A DNA stretch of 61,871 nt, taken from the NCBI GenBank assembly GCA_964408435.1, contig CAYOZL010000007.1:1-61871 (forward strand), given 5' to 3'. Source of the stretch: an uncultured Bdellovibrionales bacterium. GTDB taxonomy: Bacteria; Bdellovibrionota_C; UBA2361; SZUA-149; CAYOZL01. Within the stretch, counting starts at the first letter, position 1. Every line of letters begins with the position of its first letter. The notes below the pieces were generated by a model, which did no database searches, had not been told where the DNA came from, and saw nothing but the letters and a program-made list of their open reading frames with translations. The translations under genes and the position numbers were made by a program. This document shows, piece by piece, positions 48,299 to 55,885 of the stretch.

Positions 48299-50107
48299 AT
48301 GATACAGATTAATAAAATTTCAAAATCCTACGGAAAAAGAGTCTTATTTGATGATGTGACTTTTTCAATAAATCCTAAAGAAAGGCTAGGCTTAGTTGGA
48401 AGAAATGGACATGGTAAATCTACGCTTTTTAAAATTTTAGCCAATATAGAGCAGTGTGATAGCGGGGATATACACTATCCTGAAGATTATACTATTGGCT
48501 ACTTACAACAGACATTAGAATTTAAAGAAAAGACAGTTCTAGATGAGGCAAGTCTTGCCTTACCAGAGCTTGAAGGTGGATGGAAAGAGCTTCATAAAGC
48601 AGAAGAAATTCTTTTAGGGCTAGGCTTTTTAAAAGAGCAGTTTGAGATTTCGCCTTTAGAGTTATCAGGTGGTTTTCAGATTAGATTAAACTTAGCAAAA
48701 CTTATTATTTCTTCGCCTGATTTATTACTTCTTGATGAGCCAACTAACTATTTAGATATTGTATCAATGAGGTGGCTAACTAAGTTTATTAAAAATTGGC
48801 CATCTGAAATGATTTTAATTACTCATGACCATGATTTTTTAAATAGAGTTTGCACACATACTTTAGGTATTCATAGAAAAAAAATAAAAAAGCTAGAAGC
48901 AGGAACTGAAAAGTTTTTTGAATTACTAGAACAGCAAGAAGAATTACAAGAGCAGCAAAGAGTAAATCAAGAGAAAAAGATTAAACAAACTGAGCAGTTT
49001 ATTAATAGGTTTCGCGCAAAAAATACTAAAGCAAAAGCAGTTCAGTCAAGAATTAAAGCTTTAGATAAAATGGATAAAATTGAAAAGCTAGATAATATTG
49101 ATAATCTAGATTTTGATTTCAATTATAAAAACCTACCTGGTAAAAGATTATTAGAGCTAGAAAATATTTCTTTTCATTATCCCGAGCAAGACGAGTTCTT
49201 ATTTAAAGATTTAACACTTCAAGTAAATCCAACTGATAGAATTGCAGTTATTGGTAAAAACGGGAAAGGGAAGTCGACTCTGCTTAATATTATAGCAAAT
49301 GAATTAAAACCAATAAATGGTGAGATAAAAGCATCCCCTAATGCAAAGATTTCTTTTTTTGGGCAAACGAATAAAGAGAGATTAAATACTTCTAATACAG
49401 TAGAGCAAGAGCTTTTAGAAATTACCCCTAATCATAATAGAACACTAGCTAGAACAGTTGCAGGAGTTATGATGTTTGAAGGAGATGATGCACTTAAGAA
49501 AATTAGTGTTTTATCTGGAGGGGAGAAAAGTAGAGTTTTGCTAGGAAAGATAATTCTTAATGAAGCTAATTTGTTAATACTTGATGAACCTACAAACCAT
49601 TTAGATATGTATTCCTCTGAGGCTTTAAAAAGAGCAATTAAGAATTTTCCAGGTGCGGTAATAATAGTTACTCACAGTGAGGGCTTTATTGAAGAAGTAG
49701 CAAATAGGCTAGTTATTTTTGACAATGGAAAAGCCGATATTTTTGAAGGTGGTTATCAGGACTTTATTAGAAGAATAGGCTGGGGTGGTGAAGAAGCAGG
49801 AAAGGAAAATAGCAAGAAGCCTAAGAAGGAAACGAAACCAGAAGCAAAGTTATCAAAAAAAGAACTTAGACAATTAAAAGCTCAAAAAGCAAAAAAATTA
49901 GCTCCAATTAAAAAGATTGAAAAAGAGATCATGCAATTAGAAAAAGAAGTTGAAGATGGTAATGCAGAGCTGATTAAAAGAACTGTAAATGGTTTTGGAG
50001 AGAAGGAAGCTGAGCTTGCAACTAAAATTGCTAATGATAAGAAAAGAATTGAAGAATTATTTGTAGAGTTAGAGGTTAAAACTGAAGAGTTAAAGAGTTT
50101 GAATTAA
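48299..50107 (+). CDS. ABC-F family ATP-binding protein
   Basis: Two NBDs (GRNGHGKST, LSGG, DEPTNYLD; GKNGKGKST, LSGGEKSR, DEPTNHLD), no TM segments. Confidence 0.95.
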   Translation: MIQINKISKSYGKRVLFDDVTFSINPKERLGLVGRNGHGKSTLFKILANIEQCDSGDIHYPEDYTIGYLQQTLEFKEKTVLDEASLALPELEGGWKELHKAEEILLGLGFLKEQFEISPLELSGGFQIRLNLAKLIISSPDLLLLDEPTNYLDIVSMRWLTKFIKNWPSEMILITHDHDFLNRVCTHTLGIHRKKIKKLEAGTEKFFELLEQQEELQEQQRVNQEKKIKQTEQFINRFRAKNTKAKAVQSRIKALDKMDKIEKLDNIDNLDFDFNYKNLPGKRLLELENISFHYPEQDEFLFKDLTLQVNPTDRIAVIGKNGKGKSTLLNIIANELKPINGEIKASPNAKISFFGQTNKERLNTSNTVEQELLEITPNHNRTLARTVAGVMMFEGDDALKKISVLSGGEKSRVLLGKIILNEANLLILDEPTNHLDMYSSEALKRAIKNFPGAVIIVTHSEGFIEEVANRLVIFDNGKADIFEGGYQDFIRRIGWGGEEAGKENSKKPKKETKPEAKLSKKELRQLKAQKAKKLAPIKKIEKEIMQLEKEVEDGNAELIKRTVNGFGEKEAELATKIANDKKRIEELFVELEVKTEELKSLN

Positions 50108-50118
50108 TTCTTCTGTTA

Positions 50119-50565
50119 TTATTTCCCTGTTTTTATTTCCCTACTATCAATCACTCTTGAGCTATCAGCCTCAGCTTCATCACAGAACCTTACACATTTT
50201 TTTTCTTCAGTTATCTTTCCACCGCACCCTACATGACAATCTCTAAAATCTGACTTACATACTTTATTTCTAAGTGGACAGATTCTTCTAAAGCAAGCAC
50301 AGTTGCCAACACAAATTGTGCTATTTGTTCTCCTACTATATCTAAAAATTCTCCGAGATTGGCATCTCGCGTATTCTAATTCAGAGAGATAATTACATCT
50401 TTGTCTTTTAAAAATAGCAGCTTTCTCACATACTTCTTTTGAATAGTCACATGCACTTACGCAGTCTTGGCCTGCAGAGTCTTCAATTGGATGAAGTTTA
50501 TGGGTTATCTCGTAACGAGGTGAGCAACTGCATACTAAAAATAGAACTAGTATTAATCTAATCAT
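50119..50565 (-). CDS. Cysteine-rich lipoprotein (16 Cys)
   Basis: Lipobox VCSC; 14 Cys after the lipobox. Confidence 0.75.
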   Translation of the reverse strand: MIRLILVLFLVCSCSPRYEITHKLHPIEDSAGQDCVSACDYSKEVCEKAAIFKRQRCNYLSELEYARCQSRRIFRYSRRTNSTICVGNCACFRRICPLRNKVCKSDFRDCHVGCGGKITEEKKCVRFCDEAEADSSRVIDSREIKTGK

Positions 50566-50701
50566 TTAACTATCTTAAATAACTATACTAACTAAGTAAA
50601 ATAGATATTTAAGCATTATTATGATATTAAAATATGAGTTCTTTTATATCTAAAATATTGATTAAATTTAGCGTTCATATCTAAAAGTTTATTTCTTTTA
50701 T

Positions 50702-50723
50702 GTTTGAGCGCATTGTCGCTCAA
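50702..50723 (+). repeat. Left arm of inverted repeat bracketing ORF 50754..51434
   Basis: GTTTGAGCGCATTGTCGCTCAA pairs with TTTAGCGACTTTGCCTAAAAC (51440-51460) at 17 positions; also folds locally as TTGAGCG/CGCTCAA. Confidence 0.7.
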
Positions 50724-50753
50724 GGTTCCCTCTGGTTTTTTTTGAAGACTAAA

Positions 50754-51434
50754 ATGAATAATAATGTTTTTTATTTTTGCATAATTGTTTTTGTTTTTCT
50801 TGCAACTGCATATGCTATGAGAAGAATAAGGACACTTCAACGAGAAAAAAAAGCTTTAGAAAAGAAAAATGAGCTTTGTATTCTTAATCACGACGGTAGA
50901 AAGGAAATCTCTGCACATTATTATTTCACTGAGATACCAACAGTTAAAGAAGCTTTTAAAAAGTTTTTTGAGCTTTTCGTTATCTATTCGAATTCGATAG
51001 AGAACGAGGTCTTTAGGGAAAAGTATCGTGAAGCAGTAGAACTTTTTGAAAGCAAGTTGTTTCATGAAGACGAAAAAAACTCTTTTGCAGTAACAGACGT
51101 TTGTCGATGCATTACCTCTGTTTTTATTAACCTTAATCATTCTAAAAAACAAATTTTTGATTTTACTGTGATTTATCCTGAATTAAGTTTGTATAAGGGA
51201 CATCTAGTAATTACTTTAAAACTTGGTTGTGGGATTGAAATAGCTCTTAGTTTTACAGTGGATCACGAAGGAGTGTTAAGTTACGAACCTACAAGTATAC
51301 CCTTTTCTTATCTCAAAATTATGTTTGAAGAAAAAAGAACAGAAGATGTAAAACCCTTCTTTGATACTGGGTCAAATTGGTGTAATACAAAAACTGATTC
51401 CGCAGAATTTTTAGAAGCTATACTAAAGCTTTAA
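50754..51434 (+). CDS. Orphan hypothetical protein with N-terminal TM helix (226 aa; ORF track start 50700)
   Basis: MNNNVFYFCIIVFVFLATAYAMRR membrane anchor; no family recognised; the 50700 start would overlap the repeat arm. Confidence 0.75.
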   Translation: MNNNVFYFCIIVFVFLATAYAMRRIRTLQREKKALEKKNELCILNHDGRKEISAHYYFTEIPTVKEAFKKFFELFVIYSNSIENEVFREKYREAVELFESKLFHEDEKNSFAVTDVCRCITSVFINLNHSKKQIFDFTVIYPELSLYKGHLVITLKLGCGIEIALSFTVDHEGVLSYEPTSIPFSYLKIMFEEKRTEDVKPFFDTGSNWCNTKTDSAEFLEAILKL

Positions 51435-51439
51435 ATTTT

Positions 51440-51460
51440 TTTAGCGACTTTGCCTAAAAC
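51440..51460 (+). repeat. Right arm of inverted repeat bracketing ORF 50754..51434
   Basis: Complementary to 50702-50723. Confidence 0.7.
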
Positions 51461-52750
51461 TTATCTTTTCTTTACAGGAACGTAATCTCTTTGAGTTTCC
51501 CCAATATATACCTGCCTTGGTCTACCAATCCTATTTTTTGGATCGTGAATCATTTCTTTCCACTGAGCTATCCAACCAGGAAGTCTTCCAAGTGCAAACA
51601 TTGCAGTAAAGCCGTTTACAGGAATTCCTAATGCTGAGTAGATAATTCCACTGTAGTAATCCACGTTTGGATATAGCTTTCTTTCGATAAAGTAATCATC
51701 ACTTAGTGCAATTTCTTCTAGCTCTGCTGCTACATCTAATAATTTACTCTTTACAGGAGCTTTTTCTAGAACTTTATGGCACGCAGCTTTTAATATCTTT
51801 GCTCTAGGGTCGTAATTCTTATAAACTCTATGACCAAAGCCCATTAATCTAGCTTTACTATCTTTTGATTTAGCTCGCTCAACATATTTTTTAACATCTT
51901 CACCTGAATTTACTATATCGTGAAGCATTTCAATTACGTGTTGGTTAGCCCCTCCATGTCTCATGCCCCATAGAGCAGAGATTCCAGAAGAAACACATGC
52001 GTAAAGGTTTGCTAAACTACTTCCCACTAATCTTACTGTAGAAGCAGAGCAGTTTTGTTCGTGATCTGCATGAAGAATTAAAAGTAAATCTAGAGCTTTT
52101 ACAATATCTGGATCTAAGTAGTAATCTTCAGCAGGGGTTGCAAACATCATATTTAAAAAGTTTGCACTATATGAAAGACTATTATCTGGGTAAATAAAAG
52201 GTTGTCCGATAGATTTCTTATAACTAAATGCTGCCATTGTAGGTAGCTTTGCAAGTAGTCTAATAATATGAAGCTCTTGTTTCTCTTTATCTTTAGGGTT
52301 TTCGAAGTCTTGATAAAAAGTATAACAAGCAGAAACAACTGAAGCTAAGATTGCCATTGGATGTGCATCTCTAGGGAAGCCATCATAAAAACGCTTCATG
52401 TCTTCATGAATCATCGTGTGTCTAGTAAGTCTTGATGTGAATTCATCTAACTCTGTAGCGCTTGGTAGTTCGCCATTTATTAAAAGGTAAGAAGTCTCTA
52501 AGAAGCTAGATTTCTCTGCTAATTGCTCAATTGGATATCCTCTATATCTTAGGATTCCATTTTCCCCATCAATGAAAGTAATTGCACTTTTACAAGAACC
52601 AGTGTTTCCAAAGCCGTTATCAATTGTAATGTATTTAGTTGATGCTCTAAGAGATGTAATATCGATAGCTCTTTCATTCTCGCTACCAACTACTACAGGT
52701 AATTCGATAGTAGTTCCGTCAGGTAATTCTAGTTTAGCAGTTTCGCTCAT
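51461..52750 (-). CDS. gltA: Citrate synthase (type II)
   Basis: LRYRGYPIEQLA, HADHEQNCS, HGGAN, GFGHRVYKNYDPRA, YPNVD. Confidence 0.98.
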   Translation of the reverse strand: MSETAKLELPDGTTIELPVVVGSENERAIDITSLRASTKYITIDNGFGNTGSCKSAITFIDGENGILRYRGYPIEQLAEKSSFLETSYLLINGELPSATELDEFTSRLTRHTMIHEDMKRFYDGFPRDAHPMAILASVVSACYTFYQDFENPKDKEKQELHIIRLLAKLPTMAAFSYKKSIGQPFIYPDNSLSYSANFLNMMFATPAEDYYLDPDIVKALDLLLILHADHEQNCSASTVRLVGSSLANLYACVSSGISALWGMRHGGANQHVIEMLHDIVNSGEDVKKYVERAKSKDSKARLMGFGHRVYKNYDPRAKILKAACHKVLEKAPVKSKLLDVAAELEEIALSDDYFIERKLYPNVDYYSGIIYSALGIPVNGFTAMFALGRLPGWIAQWKEMIHDPKNRIGRPRQVYIGETQRDYVPVKKR

Positions 52751-52888
52751 AATTTTTTAATCTCTATGTTTTATTGTTGCACAATACATTATTGTAGACG
52801 TAATAATAAGTTAGATTTAATCTTTTGGAAAAAGATTTATTTATTTTACAAGTTTATTAATAAAAATTTACCCATAAGCTATAGTCCT

Positions 52889-53461
52889 ATGAAAATTGTC
52901 GCAAATCTTATTCTCTTAGCTTTTCTCTGTTCGTGTTCAACTACAATAACACCGCTTGAGCTAAATGAGATTGTTTTAAACAAAACTGAGTTATCAAAAG
53001 TGCTAGATATTCCAATTCAAGCTCATGAGCTTAGTATGGATGTTATTCTTGATAAAAGAAGCACAAATGTAATAGCAACTCTTGATGAAGTAGAAATTAA
53101 GTCTGGAGTTGGGCTTAGTCAAAAAATTTCAAATTCAATACTTAAAACACTTAAAAATTCAGGTTTTAAACCGAGTAGTGCAGCAAAAATTAAACTTTCT
53201 GGGTTTTTAAAAGAGTATAACGCTAAAATAGCAGGAAGGTTCCCATCAGCAGGCTCTGCAAAAGTGCAGTTTGTAATAATTGCTAATAATTTAAGTAATA
53301 GAAAATCTTATAAAGCTCAGTATTTAGGTTCTACTAATTTACAAAATTTTTCTGCTGATGAAAGTGACTTAACAGAAATGTTAAATAAAGCTTTAGAATC
53401 TGCTCTTAAGCAAATGGTTAAAGATGAGAATTTAATTTATTTTTTAAGAGATGAGTATTAG
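52889..53461 (+). CDS. Lipoprotein, YajG-like (start at 52889 rather than 52766)
   Basis: MKIVANLILLAFLCSC signal peptide and lipobox; DKRS motif; helical C-terminus. Confidence 0.65.
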   Translation: MKIVANLILLAFLCSCSTTITPLELNEIVLNKTELSKVLDIPIQAHELSMDVILDKRSTNVIATLDEVEIKSGVGLSQKISNSILKTLKNSGFKPSSAAKIKLSGFLKEYNAKIAGRFPSAGSAKVQFVIIANNLSNRKSYKAQYLGSTNLQNFSADESDLTEMLNKALESALKQMVKDENLIYFLRDEY

Positions 53462-53554
53462 TTGACGTAGCCTAATTCTTAGTAGGCTGCTTTGCCGCTA
53501 AGTTTACTAAAAATCAATCTACGTCAACTAATATTGTTTCCCGCTGCGCTCGGC
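53456..53554 (+). repeat. Dispersed palindromic element, copy 3
   Basis: Perfect 15-bp arms TATTAGTTGACGTAG (53456-53470) / CTACGTCAACTAATA (53519-53533) followed by the tail. Confidence 0.9.
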
Positions 53555-53573
53555 ATTAAGATTAATTTTTTGT

Positions 53574-53957
53574 CTAAGTCTTCTTGTTTAGATCTTTTTT
53601 ATAAAGATTAATTATCGCAGCAGTATTATAATGAGCAATGTTCTCTATTTGTTTTAATTGTTTTTTCAATATTACTCTATTTAGTCTAGCTAAGAGCTTT
53701 TTAGCGTTATAAATAACTGCTCCTATATACTTTCTATGAGATTTCTTAACTGATAACTCCTTATCAAAATTGGAGTGAGAGCATAAGCTTCTTAGAATTT
53801 CAGTGCTTTTTTTATCTAAGACAGTATCTTTTCCGATTAAGGAAATATCAATTTTAGTAATTTTATCTATTTCGTCTTGATTGTAGTTATTAGAGTTTTC
53901 TAGCCTCTGTTTTAGTGCTGTTTTAGCTTGTGATAGAATTTTCTCGTTCATTGCCAT
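53574..53957 (-). CDS. Hypothetical protein with SHRKxIG motif
   Basis: SHRKYIGAVIYNAKKLL shared with the neighbouring gene. Confidence 0.7.
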   Translation of the reverse strand: MAMNEKILSQAKTALKQRLENSNNYNQDEIDKITKIDISLIGKDTVLDKKSTEILRSLCSHSNFDKELSVKKSHRKYIGAVIYNAKKLLARLNRVILKKQLKQIENIAHYNTAAIINLYKKDLNKKT

Positions 53958-53990
53958 ATTACTAAATTATAATATACAATTAGCTGTAAT

Positions 53991-54530
53991 ATGGAAATAC
54001 CACTAAAAAAAGACGGCAAGCCAGATATTAATAAGCTTATGCAGCTGATTCAAGCTGATGTAGAAAAGTCTGTTAAAGAAAATGGTTATACAATGCCAAC
54101 GTTTATTCCTAAGCGAGTAGAGCAAGAGAATCTGGAGTCAATTAAATCTTGTGAATCTTTGAAATATTTAAATCATAATTGGAATGACTGGAGCATTACC
54201 CCAAAGTTTAGCTCTCATCGTAAGGTTATAGGGCCAGTAGTCTCAACTTTAAAAAAATTAATAAACAAAGTATTTAAAAATAATTTAAATGGATACTTTA
54301 AAAAAGAGTTAGCATTTCAAGAGAATTTAGTAAGGCATTTAAATAACTCTTCTAAATACGTTGATGATAGCCAGTCTAAAATCTTTTGGTCATTAATTGA
54401 TAAAGTAGATACTGATATAAAAATGGTTAATCAAAGAAATGATGAATTGTTCTCAAATTTGATTGATGAGATGGATAATTTGAAACAAAGAATTGTAGAG
54501 CTAGAAGCAAAGTCTGGAAAAAATAAATAA
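53991..54530 (+). CDS. Coiled-coil hypothetical protein with SHRKxIG motif
   Basis: SHRKVIGPVVSTLKKLI; heptad-rich C-terminus; directly upstream of a glycosyltransferase. Confidence 0.75.
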   Translation: MEIPLKKDGKPDINKLMQLIQADVEKSVKENGYTMPTFIPKRVEQENLESIKSCESLKYLNHNWNDWSITPKFSSHRKVIGPVVSTLKKLINKVFKNNLNGYFKKELAFQENLVRHLNNSSKYVDDSQSKIFWSLIDKVDTDIKMVNQRNDELFSNLIDEMDNLKQRIVELEAKSGKNK

Positions 54531-54534
54531 GCGA

Positions 54535-55590
54535 TTGTCTAAAGAACTAAATATATTAGTACTAAGTGTGCAAGTTCCATTTACTAGTGGGGGTGCAGAG
54601 CTTTTAGTTTCAGAATTAGTAAAGAATTTAAAAGCTAGTGGCCATAAAGTAGATTTAGTGCAAGTTCCTTTTTCTGCTTTACCTAAAACTAATATTTTAA
54701 AACAAATGTCAATTTGGTCTTCATTAGATTTAACAAAGTTTTCTGGTAGGAATGTTGATTTAGTAATTTGTAATAAATTTCCTAATTACTTAGTTAATCA
54801 CAAGAATAAAGTTTGTTGGTTAATTCATCAGCATAGGCAAGCTTATGAGCTATACGGTACAAGGTTTGGAGATTTTGAATTTAACGATGATGACCAAGCA
54901 TTAAGAGAAATAATAAGAAATGCTGATGCTAAATTAAATGAATGCAAAAAGGTTTACACTATTTCAAGTAATGTTTCTAAACGCTTAAAAGAGTTTAACT
55001 CTATTGATTCTGAAGTTTTAATGCCACCACTGCCTTACGGAAATAAGTATAGGAAAGGGAACAAAGGTAATTATATTCTTAGTGTTGGAAGAATTTGCAG
55101 TATTAAAAGAATTGATTTGATGCTTGAAGCCATGTCTAAAGTGGATGCGAGCTTAAGTCTTAAAATAGTAGGCTCAAGCGATGAACCAGCAATAGAGAAT
55201 TATTTAAAATCAATAGTTAAAAAGCACAACATTGAGCAAAGAGTAGAATTTTTAGGTCGGGTAAGTGATGAAGATTTACTTGAATATTATGCAAATTGTT
55301 TTGCTGTATATTATGCACCTTATGATGAGGATTATGGATTTGTAACTCTTGAAGCAATTAAATCAGGTAAGATTGTAGTTACTGCAGAAGATAGTGGGGG
55401 AGTATTATCTTTTATAACTAATGCCGAGAATGGTTTAGTTCTTAAAGCAGAGCCAGAAGAAATTTCAGCTGGATTTAATTCTTTATTGGACTCAGCTCTT
55501 TATGATAGGCTAACTAAAAATGTCTTAGAATATAAAATTCAAGATAATACTTGGGATGAGGTTCTTAGCAAATTAACTAAGAGTTATTAA
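54535..55590 (+). CDS. Glycosyltransferase family 4
   Basis: GGAE, VGRI..KRID, EDYGFVTLEA. Confidence 0.93.
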   Translation: MSKELNILVLSVQVPFTSGGAELLVSELVKNLKASGHKVDLVQVPFSALPKTNILKQMSIWSSLDLTKFSGRNVDLVICNKFPNYLVNHKNKVCWLIHQHRQAYELYGTRFGDFEFNDDDQALREIIRNADAKLNECKKVYTISSNVSKRLKEFNSIDSEVLMPPLPYGNKYRKGNKGNYILSVGRICSIKRIDLMLEAMSKVDASLSLKIVGSSDEPAIENYLKSIVKKHNIEQRVEFLGRVSDEDLLEYYANCFAVYYAPYDEDYGFVTLEAIKSGKIVVTAEDSGGVLSFITNAENGLVLKAEPEEISAGFNSLLDSALYDRLTKNVLEYKIQDNTWDEVLSKLTKSY

Positions 55591-55611
55591 GGAAGTAAAA
55601 AAAGAGAAGCA

Positions 55612-55818
55612 ATGGCTAAAGAGCAAATTACATTATCATTAAGCCCTGAATTACTAGAGGAGTTAAAGCAAACAGCTGCTAGAACTAATCAAAGTTTAAG
55701 TTCAGTAATTGAAGCTTATCTTTGCGCTAATTCCCTATCTGGTAGAACGACAATAGAAAAAGCTCTAGAAATTGCTCAAGAACTAAAAGAAGAAGTTTCT
55801 AAGTCTTCAGATAAATAG
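55612..55818 (+). CDS. Ribbon-helix-helix (CopG-like) DNA-binding protein
   Basis: QITLSLSPELLEELKQTA..SLSSVIE pattern. Confidence 0.7.
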   Translation: MAKEQITLSLSPELLEELKQTAARTNQSLSSVIEAYLCANSLSGRTTIEKALEIAQELKEEVSKSSDK

Positions 55819-55885
55819 AACTATTTTCTATTACTTTATCTATAATTTTCATCTTGTTTTGCTTTGTCTTAACATAAGCTAAATT

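Noticed and set aside
52766-52888. Cys-rich N-terminal extension of the lipoprotein
   Set aside because: The signal peptide starts at 52889; the upstream part is AT-rich divergent promoter DNA
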